Source: Glycera tridactyla
Lineage: Eukaryota
Reading direction: 5' to 3'
DNA length: 64,000 nt
Assembly (NCBI GenBank): GCA_965644265.1
Contig: OZ286464.1
Coordinates: 35,650,001 to 35,714,000 of the forward strand
Shown here piece after piece: positions 1-12,100 of this stretch. Position 1 is the first letter of the stretch, and the number at the start of each line of letters is the position of its first letter. The notes below the pieces were generated by a model, which made no database searches, had not been told where the DNA came from, and was given only the letters and a program-made list of their open reading frames with translations. The position numbers and the translations under genes were made by a program.

Positions 1-664
1 TGTAGTTTATTCTAATCGGGCATAAAGTTTTCCTCGCTCGCACAGTGTTAATCGCCCATTTAACAGCCGGAAAATGCGGATTGGGCCCTGAAATTGCACG
101 GAAGACTCTCTATTCATCCTCGTAGTATCTAATTACGAAATTTTAGCGTTCAATCTAATCTGGCTGGTGTTAAGCCAGTCGAGCATCCACAAGTCTGTCA
201 AGTACAGTCGTGACGGTAACGTTTCTCGTCCACAGGCATCGCGAATTTGCATCGGGGTCGACTGAAAGGGGGTTCATTGACAGGCATCGTCCACATCGTC
301 GGCGTTCGCGTAGTCGTAGATTTGCCCCAAACAGGTTCGCAGTGTCTGTATGGTGCCATTCTCACAACTAGTCCATGAGCCAGAGGGGTTCTTAATACCA
401 TCTCTGGTGGCAAATTCTATCCTACATTTTTGAATTGTTACATTCCTCCACTATAAGCATGATGGTCGACCGATAATAACGGCAGATTCACCTTATAAAG
501 GCTATAAAATCAAGTCAAATCACTGAGAATCAAATATGGCGGGTACGTTTCATGCAATGAATTCGCCATTTTCCGTCTGATCTCAGTCTCAAAGGCACGA
601 ATGCTTTGTGCCGGTCTTCTGGTGATCATCATACCTGGTATCATGTAAAGTCTGTCCAGCTATG

Positions 665-1321
665 TCGTGGCGGGTACGTTTTTCGCCCTAGCATCGCGAA
701 TTCGCATCGGATTGAAATGAGACTCGCACACAGACATTGTTGACATCTCCGACGATAAGAAATGTGATCACGGCGACATTCCCTTGTATATTTCACCTTA
801 GAATGCAAAATATGACGATTTCACGCTGGTTTCGCGGCAGGTGCGGCGGCCGTATCTACGTTGTTTAACATAGGGAAGACCGGGCGATAATGCCGGTGGA
901 TTCGTCGAAAAAATGCAATGAAATGATTGCGTGATCGTCGGAAGACCTCCTCAATACATTCGTGCCATTAAAACTGAAATCGGACAAGAAATGGCGAAGT
1001 TAGCGTCTGAAATGTACCCCCCAAATTTGAATTTGACAGTTTAGTTTGCATGCTTTTGAAGAGTTTACGCCATCAACTGACTGCATTTTTTTTCGGTGAA
1101 TCCGCCGGCGAATATTTGTATGTGGAGATACGGTTGCCACACTTGCCGTGAAACCAGCGTGAAATCAACAATATTTGGCGTTCTATGGTGGACTATGCAA
1201 GGGTACTTTTAGCCGAGATTACATGTCCAACCGCCGGAGATGTCAACAATGTCTGTCAGCGTGTTTCGTTTCAGTCCTGTGCATATTCGCGATGCTAGGG
1301 TGAAATACGTACCAGCCACGA
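665..1321. mobile_element. MITE-like element with ~260-bp imperfect inverted arms
   Basis: 665-~920 (tcgtggcgggtacg...) is the imperfect reverse complement of ~1085-1321 (...cgtaccagccacga); no coding capacity; no clear TSD. Confidence 0.75.
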
Positions 1322-1748
1322 TTGAACTTGACGGACTTTAATACTGGAAGTGTGATCACAACATGCATCTGTGAAACAAACGCATCACGTTCGGATAGAC
1401 TTCAGTCCCGGATTCCTACACTGCATGGGCGCGTTATGAGAGTGGCAATACAACATGCACACAATCGATTACTTCAGTCCATATCATGCGATCCGCTCAT
1501 GAACTGTTCGTGCGCATGAACTCTCAGTTACTTCAAATGGATTTGAAATTCATTGCAGCCAGAGCAGTGGCATTTACTAACGTTTTTGAGGCNNNNNNNN
1601 NNNNNNNNNNNNNNNNNNNNNNNNNNNNNNNNNNNNNNNNNNNNNNNNNNNNNNNNNNNNNNNNNNNNNNNNNNNNNNNNNNNNNNNNNNNNNNNNNNNN
1701 NNNNNNNNNNNNNNNNNNNNNNNNNNNNNNNNNNNNNNNNNNNNNNAC

Positions 1749-2310
1749 ATATTGTGTCATTTTTTTCTTGTGAGCCTTAGAGAAAGATCTCATGCTTAGT
1801 CGTTACCGATCATTGATTCTGTCAAAAGTGTATTATTCGTATCACGAAAAAAGAGATTGAGACAGAGAGTGAGGATGGGGAGGGCGCACACATTGCCAGT
1901 AATCATACACACTTTGTCATCTTTTTCTTGTGAGCCTTAGTGCAATATCTCATGCTTGGTCGTGACCCACCATTGACATTGTCAAAAGTGTGATATTCGT
2001 GTCATCGAGAGAAATTGGGGAAGGGGGGAGAGGGGGCGTGTCTTCTCAGCAATCATACACATTGTGTCATCTTTTGAACCTTCGTATAACACCCCATGCT
2101 CATTCGTGACCCAGTATTGATCTTGTCTAAATTAGTATCAAAAGTGTTATACCGAAGAAGAAGAGAGAGCGAGGGAGAGAGAGAGTGGTGTGTGTGTGTG
2201 TGGGGGGGGGGGGTACCTCAGGAGAAATATCTCATGCTTGTTCACGAGTTCCCAGTAATCATACATATTGAGTCATCTCTTGTGAACTTTAGAGAAACAA
2301 TCGAGTATAG
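1749..2310. repeat. Degenerate ~150-160-bp tandem repeat (about 3.5 units)
   Basis: The unit containing cattgtgtcat..ttcttgtgagccttag...atctcatgct...gtcaaaagtgt recurs at ~1749, ~1908, ~2058 and partially at ~2230-2310. Confidence 0.75.
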
Positions 2311-2362
2311 AATCTTTGTGAGGGACGTGCGATACAGTCAAATCTGCCCATAGTATGCATTG

Positions 2363-3623
2363 TATGGAAGCGTTGAAGTGCCAAATTGAAGAAGTGAGAA
2401 AACTTTTTATTTCCTACGTAGGACTTACTATCTCCTACGTAGGACTCACTATCTCCTACGTGGGACTTAACTATCTCCTACGTAGGACTTACTATCTCCT
2501 ACATAGGACTTAACTATCTCCTACGTAGGACTTAATTATCTCCTACGTAGGACTTAATTATCTCGTACGTAGGACTAATTATCACCTATGTGGGACACCA
2601 TAATTCATTCTGGTGAGTGATTCAATATATGGGACCATAACTACCACCATTTATACTGCATCATTATCTTGTATTCAGGTGCAGATATTCAGTCCGATAT
2701 GACCCAAGGTGGCAGAGAGGACGTTACACCCGAACAAACAAACAAACAAACAAACAGACAAACAAACTTGTATTCAGGGTTTGTGATAGTGATGCTCGCA
2801 GTAGACAGAGCATATAGCTTCCATAGAGCAGGAACACAATGTACACAATCCTCAGGGTTGAGACATGCAATCAAACCTCATAATCATCATAAATACTTCA
2901 CCGTTCCAAGTCTGGAAGGTAGCATTGGCTTATCTACTATGTTAACTCCTATGTAGGAGATAGGTAAGTCCTACGTATGAGATAGGTAAGTCCTACGTAG
3001 GAGATAGTAAGTCCTACGTTCGAGATAGTATGTCCTACGTAGGAGATAGTGAGTCCTACGTAGGAGATAGTATGTCCTACATAGGAAATAGTAAGTCCTA
3101 CGTAGGAGATTGGTAAGTCCTACATAGGAGATAGTATGTCCTACATAGGAGATAGGTAAGTCCTACATAGGAGATAGTATGTCCTACGTAGGAGATAGTA
3201 AGTCCTACGTAGGAGATAGTAAGTCCTACATAGGAGACAATGAGTCATATGTAGGAGATAATAAGTCCTATGTAGGAGATAATAAGTCCTACGTAGGAGA
3301 TGATAAGTCCTACGTAGGAGATATGTGAGTCCTACGTAGGAGATAGTATGTCCTACGTAGGAGATAGTAAGTCCTACGTAGGAGATAGTATGTCCTACGT
3401 AGGAGATAGTAAGTCCTACGTAGGAGATAGTAAGTCCAACGTAGGAGATGATGAGTCCTATGTAGGAGATAATAAGTCCTATGTAGGAGATAATAAGTCC
3501 TACGTAGGAGATAATAAGTCCTACGTAGGAGATAGGTGAGTCCTACGTAGGAGATAGTATGTCCTACGTAGGAGATAGAAAACATTTCTCACTTTTCTCA
3601 TTCGGCACCTCAACGCTTCCATA
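2363..3623. mobile_element. Foldback-type element: TIRs plus inverted arrays of a 21-22-bp palindromic repeat
   Basis: Termini are TATGGAAGCGTTGA(A/G)GTGCC (19/20 inverted match). The left arm has ~9 and the right arm ~29 units containing CCTACGTAGG, in opposite orientations. GCATTG is a direct repeat at 2357-2362 and 3624-3629. Confidence 0.85.
2680..2766 (+). mobile_element. 5'-truncated SINE-B copy with 12-bp TSD, inside the foldback spacer
   Basis: cttgtattcagg at 2668-2679 and 2767-2778 flanks cagtccgatatgacccaaggtgg...gacgttacaccc(AAAC)n. Confidence 0.8.
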
Positions 3624-4281
3624 GCATTGTACTAAGCTACAGTCTATTCAACAGGAGTTGGGACTCGGTAGGAGGGACTGCACATCCGTCAGTCACAGGG
3701 TAGCTGGCAAATCAGTGTCCTGGGTGAGGTCATGAGGTCAGAACGGACACAACTGAAGCACATGGTGTAAGGTAGCAAAACTGGAATCACTGCATCACAC
3801 ATATAATATAGGCCCCAGGAGATGGGCAGATGGTATCCTTGTTTCAGATCACAACTTATAAATCACATTCACCAAGCTCTCAATGTCAACATGGAGTGTC
3901 ATATTTTGTGTAGTCATGCGATATATGGATTTAGGGCATTGAAAGTGACTTCAACAGTTGGTCTGTATGTGTGTGATCTTAGGGACCAGATCAAGATATT
4001 CACATAGAAATGTACGAAGTCAGATTATATCGAATATATTGAATTGAGATCCATGTGCCAATGTTTATGAAGGCATTTGGAGAGCAGGACAGTATGCTGC
4101 AGTGATAGGGTATACGGGAGACATGTGATACCAGGCTGATTCAGGAGACCGCCCCTGAGCTCTCCATTCCCGTTGAATAGACTGTAGAAGCTTCCTTTAG
4201 CAACCCCGCTACATCATACCGCCAGAATATTTCGACTCTAATTCACCAGCACTAAGCATGCACCTGTTCATCTCTCCTTAG

Positions 4282-5183
4282 CCGCATGCTGAGGACAGGT
4301 TTGACTGTACAAGGGAATGCTATACCTATTATTTCGAAGCCAACGGTCTACGGTTCGAATCTGGAAGAAGCAGACTGTTTCACATTCGAAGCCAATAACG
4401 AATTGACACAAATAGTGGACAAACGGGGAAAATCAAGATCATATGATTTAAAATGTATGATGATGTAGTTTATTGATAAGCAATTACCTGGGGGTCTTTT
4501 GTCCAACTTCTGTGTGCATCACAAGTAATTGATTAATTATTGATTAATTGGATAGTTAAAATAATTAATCAATTGATTGATTGAGGTATCTTTCCCTTTA
4601 GTTATTTATTCGTACATTCATTGAATTATTTTTTTTATTAATATTCTTTATTCATCCATTCATTTATCCATCCATCCATTCATTCATTCATCCATCCATT
4701 CATTCATTTATTCATTCATTCACATATCTATTTATTCACACATTTTTCGTACACTCATTCAGCCATTTTAATTGATTCTTATACACGTATCAATTTATCG
4801 ATTTATCTCTTCATTGCTATTCTTTTGATGATTATCACTTGGGTCTGCCTGATATCATGCATGGCAACGCAAACATCAATTCCCATGAAATTGACAATAA
4901 TCATGATAAAATTCATTACCACAATATTCTATGAGTTCATTTGTCTTGTATGCCAGATGAGGAGAGCACGTTACAAGGGTTCAGCTACGTTCACAAGACT
5001 CATTTTGGGCCTCCCCATCATATTTCATACACCAGTCACAGGCTGTCATCGTCGTCGTGGTCAAATACGCTTCAAAGGCCTCGAAAGGCTTTATTGCTTC
5101 AAAAGGCTTCAAAAATGTATGATGGAGATGAGGATGAATCCTCAGTTCCATCTCCATATACAGTTATATGGCATTATCAATAA
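4282..5183 (+). CDS. Possible last two exons (4282-4454, 4957-5183) of an unidentified plus-strand gene
   Basis: Good acceptor (catctctccttag), GT donor, and a phase-compatible join giving ...RSYDLKYEESTLQGFSY...WHYQ*. No recognisable domain. Confidence 0.25.
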
Positions 5184-5189
5184 TTCACA

Positions 5190-6400
5190 AACTACAAAAT
5201 ACTCACATGTAAACACAGACAAATATAAAAATTCAAATATGGTGAATATAACATTGACCTCATTCACGCAATGAGCGAGGTAGAGAAGAGTGTGGGTGGT
5301 ACTGCAACTACTCAGATGATAGGTCAGGGATTGGAAGACCACATTCACCGAACACTTGTGACATATAAGATCACAAAAAGCCATTCACATTCTATTGCTA
5401 TTGAAGATAAAGGTTGACCGCCGTGAGTCACGGAGCCTGGACTTATTGAAATCAAGTTTTAGGCCGCTCTGTCCACTAATGGGAAAGCAAAACTATCGGA
5501 ATTCAGCCAAAACGCATTGGAGTGCATCCTTCACCAATGCAGAAATTTGTAGGTCTGTTTGGGTTGAGCGTCCTTTCGACCTTCCTAGGCTATGTCAGAC
5601 TGAAAATGTTGAAGAAAAGAGCCACCGCTGCCGAGGGCAACCCCCTACTCTTTGCGAAAGACAGCAGTGGTTCTCTTACATGCATACGGGAATTCCTTGA
5701 CAGTTTTCATCGCCCTAGCAGCAAGAACTATCCCCTCCGCTCTATTCATTGCTTCTACAGGAAATTTCTCTCCTAGTTTTGGTCTGATTTTATACAATTT
5801 CCTCTCTTCTCTGCCCATCTATTTTGCCAGACTTGCTTGATTTGGAATTTTATTCTTGGTTTGTAGACTGAATAATGGATTTCCATCTCAGTAACTGGCA
5901 GACTCGAAGCAGTCCTGGCCGCTTTATCAGCTGCTCTATTCCTAGAATTGTCAATATGGCTCGGAATTGAACAGATTCTTCTGATAATCTGACACTCTCC
6001 TAAGATTTGCAAGAGTATACAGTTCTTGATATTTCCTTATAAGGCCTGTAGGGAATCTGTGAAGGTTATACACATCTGTTCCTTTAACCTCAATATGTAA
6101 GCCATTAGTAAGGCTCTTGAGTTCAGCTGAAGATACTGTTGACCAGTCAGGTATCCTACAGCAATCGGTGTATGATTCTGTTTAAACAGCTGCAGATCCA
6201 TCAGTAAAGATGCCCTCATGATTGTGTTGGGAAAGTAGCGAGGAATGAATACTCTCAGTGTAGAGAAGTAACAGACTTTGACAAGTTTTCGTCTAAATGG
6301 AAGCCGTCGTGAAGTTGGATAATGGGTAATTTGTCAATAGAATTCTCAAGCTGTCGGAAGTTTGGCCCTATTTCATGCCATATCTCAGCTAATATTGGTC
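5190..6400 (-). mobile_element. Decayed I-group non-LTR retrotransposon, RNase H and C-terminal relic
   Basis: Minus-strand remnants IFTDGSAAV, FTDSLQAL, IPSHI..RNRAADKAA and WQNRW with stops and frameshifts; interrupted by a SINE-B copy at ~5530-5700. Confidence 0.75.
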
Positions 6401-8897
6401 CAATTTTAACATTCTACACACACACCGAACTCATTAGCAGAGTGAGATCTCTCAGATGGTGTAATCGGTTTTTATGTATCATCGAATTTCAAATTCGCGA
6501 TTGCGACACTAGTGGTCGAGCCACACGGAGTACCAGGAACACACTATTGCACAACGAATCAGGTGACTTCTGGTACTTTGGGTGTTTAGTTTTGAATCCA
6601 AGATGGCGGTGCTAAAAACAGCTTCTGCATTGGAGGTTAAGCAACAGATCTCGCGATACCTCAGTGTCACATGTCAACACAGAATGGGGTAGGGCAATAG
6701 CAGGCCGATCTGCCGAAACCCCTTCCTCCATCCTGAAACTCCGATCTGATGGACAACAGCACATGTATTTGACTTCAAATTGAATGTACAGAATGTGTTG
6801 ATAGGAAATTAATTGAGCTGAGTTTAGTTGCATTGCTGGAGCACATCCACACAACACACTCACAGGTCAAACAGATGGCAATGAGTGATAAACCAGTGAG
6901 TAATATTCTCATTTTATGACAGGAATATTTACAAGTCACGGGAGAGACAATAAGATACAGTGCATGATAGTACAGGATAATAAGATTCACGTCAGGTTAC
7001 TTGTGATTCCCGGGTAGACCGGAAGCGGGACATCACATATCTCTCAGAACCTTTATATAGACGCCCCAACTCTGTACAAATAACTACTCATGTGCCAGCG
7101 ATTGTGGCAATTTGGTCAATTTTGATAATAATGGTAATTTTGTCATTTTTTGTAGTTTTGGCAATTTTGGTGATTCTCACAATTCTGGTGATAGGGTTCC
7201 CAGACCACTACCTTTCATGGGAATAATCTGGTCTGTCACATAAAACAGGTCCATTCCTTTCAATAATATAGTCAGTCACACATAGCCAATAAGTAGGTAC
7301 ACTAATTCCAGAATTGGATATTCCATCATTAGTCTATCAATTCAAATACTACAAAGAATTCAAAGCTTCGGAAATGTTATTCAGGGATGGGTCATAGACA
7401 CATCTTTCCTCTTCTGCTGAAATTAAGATTACATACAATATATACGATATAGTGTAAATCATCCGACATACAGATATTATTACATGACATCACTACTGAC
7501 ATGACAAAAAGGTGATCGATTAAATGACATTTATTCTGGCCATTTTTTTAAATCCTATAATACAATGTATTCAATCATGATTTGTGAATATTTCAGACTG
7601 AGGACGAATGGTTTTGCTGGCTCGATAAGTCGATAAGTGGAACACCCTCACAAGAGACCCTCAGCACATTCTCACCACCAGTTCTCTGTTTTTGTGAAAT
7701 CTACGTTAGGGACATACGATTGACAAAAACCAGTCCTCGCTTTGATCACTATCATTTAAAAATCAATGGTGCGCCCTCAAACAGTTGCATGCTTGTTTGT
7801 TTGTTTTGTCTCATAAAAATCATCTGGGTTACATTGAGACACTGGGCATGGATTGGATCAATCAATATTCCTTCTGGCCTGAATCAAACAACTAGACCAA
7901 CGATCATGAACACTTATTCAGTTGGTATATTGTGTCTTGTCTCTTTTTCATCCAGCACTAGATTTGAAATCATCTGACTCTTTTGTTGCTTACTGTACTA
8001 AAGGCCCCCTTTCATTTATTCCTTTTCGTGGAACACATGTCTGATTCAACACAAATCTTCAGCCTTTCTATAGAAAATGGAAATAAAGAATGGATTACCG
8101 ACAGAAAAGAATCTGGAATGGCAGTCATGACCCTGCCATCATGTTTCGGTGGTGAGTATATTAAATGTCATTATCCTATTGTTGACCTTTCTGGTAGGAC
8201 TATCATGCACAAATCATCTTGTAGTCAGTGGTAGCAGGAATCGTAGGTAGTATCGTTTGGACAATGCATCTGGCGTGACACATGAGGGGGCGGTGAAAAC
8301 CAGAGATACCACCAGCAAAAATCTTCATGTGCTCGATAGGCTCATCACAGAAACTTTCATGTGTCAAAGGGATGGCAACTCACATAGTTTGTTCACTGAA
8401 AATACCCTGGTTTCCTCTGGTTGGCTGGCAATTGAGGCCAGGGTCTCTCTCAAAAAATAGAAAGCAATCAGTAATATTTGAACAAATTTCAATCTTTGTC
8501 AACAAGGCACTGTATGAACGATGCTTCATTTGTTTAGTGGTTGTTCCCAGGGCATAGTGGTGTGTGACCTGGAATATCCCTGTAAAAAGATGAGTAGTTA
8601 TCTTGTCTGAATGAAATTGCATGTGCTACTGCCGACCCCTCCCCTTTTTTAAGATGAAGTGCACTGATTCGCATACTGATTGTACTTTCTTCCTGCCCAA
8701 CATGACATTCTGCAACTGGTGCTATGTCATGAGGGGCTGTGTTCTGTTCATGACCTTGTGCCAACTCTCGTCATCCTCCAACATGGCGTTGTCCTCCTCT
8801 GTGGACGGACTGCTCAACATCCGTCTGGCACATGGTGGCTTAGCCGAGGGAGGATCGAGCACCATCTGCATGCACTCTGGCTCTGGTACAGCTGGCA

Positions 8898-9125
8898 ACT
8901 GCAAGTATAAGATATAACATGTTATCTTAAAAAGGGTATGACTCCGCTTCTGGCACGGATGTTGACTGCAATTGTGAGATGGAAGAAGTCTCTTCAAGAG
9001 GAGTGTGGCTCGGGTTCTAGTACTGGGGTTACTGCAAATATGAGACAAAACAAGTATGTATATATGATCAAACAGGTTTCCCTAGATAGATTATGGATCA
9101 GGCTTTGGTATATGTGGCAACTAGG
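8898..9125 (-). repeat. Homologous acceptor array (copy 1), four units
   Basis: Units start at 9120, 9031, 8965 and 8898, each preceded by YAG. Confidence 0.7.
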
Positions 9126-12100
9126 AATATGAATTGAATAAGTTTATTATAAATGAAATGACGGGTACATGCAGCAAAAACATGCAGCATAAACATGAGA
9201 CAAAATTAGTTTCCTTTAGAAAAAGTATATCTCCGGATCGGCCACAGGTGGTAACTCCAATAATAATTCGAAAGTCATTTCCTTTGAAAAAAAAATCTGG
9301 AAGAAGGTATGAGCAAGGCTGACATGAAGCTGCAATGTTTTCTAGCGAAAATGAACGCACTCCATGACTGCAGGGAATTATGGTATCTTTTGCGTTTGAT
9401 ATCACCAACATTTTGATTTGGGTAGGTTCTTTTCAGTGAATCCAACGTTCCCCAAAATCAGGCGGATATTTTTGATAATATTGCCTTCATGTCACGAACC
9501 TCAGAGGACAGTGGCCAGTCTGTTGATGACTGCAGTTCTCCAAATATGAAGAATATAAGTCAGTGTTACTTCGGTCGTATTCAGATATGAATGTTTGTAG
9601 TTAACCATTTGCTGATTGCCTGACTATCAGATGGGACATATCACTACCTCCATGATACAGATGGTTGATCGATAGAAGTGAATTATAGTGAGAAATGCAT
9701 GAGTGGGAGTTAAGGAAGTAGCTGCTCAAGACAAATGGTTAGGGAATAGAGTGGTTGCTTAATACAGGCTCGACTGGTTCAAGAACATCCCATTGATCAG
9801 CATTTCTAGGCTGTCCACCCGTGAGGCAAGATGAAATTCCCTGACAGTCTCCTGACTTCTCCCTCTTGGTAGATGGTGGGACCTCACAGGCGTAATTTTA
9901 ACCTATTCTATTGAAATTGGATGGAGTACAAACCATTCGATAAAGGAGAAGTACATAGCGTGACTGCAAAAAGTATGCGATATGAAAATGGCAAGCCTAC
10001 CACAGTGGAGGGGATTGTAGCTGCATATGTATGCTCTCAGTGCACCAACTTGATATACTGAAATGACAATCTCCTTCACAATTTGCCAAAATTCAATCTA
10101 ATGACAGAAATGACACCTTGAGTGTCTGTGAATTTCATAAATTTTCGCCTTCTCTTAGGGACCCAGAAGGAGGAGTCTTGAATGATCCCATCCATGCCCA
10201 ATGCATGAGCGTCACAATATATAACGGTTGGAGCTGACGTGACATTAAACCCCCAACAATACAAACAAAAGTAAACATTTTCTCTGACACCACATGAAAC
10301 TCTGTCTGGAATTTCCCTGATATTTCCCCGGCAGGTGGTCATCCTGCTGACTAGACTGCCTGACTGTGCTGGGACACTACCTGTTCGTCATAGTCGATGC
10401 CACAGCGGAAGGGCTTGCGGCAGGCAGTAGGACAGCACGCACACAACCGGTCACAGATCAGGAAGAAAAAACGTGGGTCCATCTCACCCACGTGGCGATT
10501 ACCACCTGAAAACACGTCCAGAGTTGGCCTCTCAATCAATAAGATGAGGTGGGTGATCTTTATTCATCTTCGTAAAACATGTACTTTGTGCAATTAGCTC
10601 AATAATGGCATTTCCTACACGAATGAGTCAGAAGAGGTATGGAAACATGAGTACGAGGACAATATGAATCACCATTTATGCTGACATGCTACATATGCTA
10701 TATAAGCAGATGGCGAAGCTTTACCATGTGATAAAAACCAACGTTTTGTATTGTATCATGGTGGATTGTTTTGAATTGCAGTGCATCGTGATGTATATTA
10801 TGCATGTAAATCTTTCAATAGACATAAAAAAAGATTCGCAGGCACAAATATCCACCCACGATGCCACCACCATTATCCGAGTCAAACTTAATGTCAATAT
10901 ATTTTATCTAACAACACAAATCTTCAACCACGAGTATACGTTGATTGCAATGGGGACCTCTTCGCCAACCAGTAACCCAGTAACTGTCATTGTCATTGTT
11001 ATCGCCGTCACCCCTGATGCCAGAAGGAGGAGTCTTGAATGATCCCACCCATGCCCATTGCATGGGCGTCACAATTTAGCCAAGATGGAGCTGACGTAAC
11101 GTTGAACCCCCAACAAAACCAAAAAAAAAATCACCCCTGCTGCCACCGTCATTATTATCACCATCCATGGCTATTCCATTCAATTTCTCTGACCTGTGAT
11201 GATGCTGACGATGATGCCCACGATGACCGTGACCAGTATAGCCACCAAAGAATAGTACATGTAAGACAACTCGTAGATTTTAAGATGCTCTGGACTGCAA
11301 GATAATGAGATAATCAAACTTTCTGAGAATTCATCCACAAAAAGACACTGAGGATGATAGGGATATAGTTTTGAAAGTCTCCAACGATTTTTCCAGTTGT
11401 CTACAATGACATACCACCCTTCCCAACCTCAATGGGTTTTGGTTTCTGGATAGAGGTGACACATATTGTGTACTACTGCAAATCAATGTGAAAAAGTTGC
11501 TTTACAGGGCAGATGGATTTTGGCGTGAGGGGACCCTTGAAACTGCTAGGTTTATCTTCCATAAAACAGGTAGACAGGTGGTCTCTGGATAGAGGTGGTA
11601 CAAAGTGTGGATTACCACAATAGATACATGAAAAAGTGACCTTCGCAGGCAGAAGACCTTTGTATTGAGGAGACTCATGGATCATTGTATCTCTTACAAC
11701 TGCAGTCGACAGATCAAGATACCACCCTCGTACATAGGGTCCCAGAAGGATAGGGAGATTAGGGAAGGCAGAGCTACTGACTCTGACAACATCATCCTAG
11801 GTTAACCCAAGAGAGGTCTCAGTTTCTTTTGCTCTGCCAATAGCTGAGATATATGTGCCTTCATCATGCTTTTACTATTGAAATAACCAGAATGAACCAG
11901 ACCAGGGAGAGTTCTACAGGTAAAAGCTGGGGTATCTTTCATTCTTGTGCACAACTGGTGTATTCGAGTGTGTCATTAAGAACTCCCGGCTTTCGTCAAA
12001 ATGAATGCCATTCAATTACAGGGATCATTCTAAATTTGAGAGCACTATCACCACTCCTTCAAAGCGTTATCTAGAGCAACACACTGTATTGCATCAATCA

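Noticed and set aside
2412-3575. CRISPR-like array of short palindromic repeats
   Set aside because: Units are contiguous with no unique spacers, the context is eukaryotic and there are no cas genes; the foldback architecture explains it.
3310-3585. ORFs with YYLLRRT / SYVGD repeats
   Set aside because: These are translations of the 21-bp tandem array.
9945-10035. Intron segment conserved with 34690-34790 as a possible extra exon
   Set aside because: No convincing splice sites in both copies; many intron flanks still align, so residual duplication homology is sufficient.
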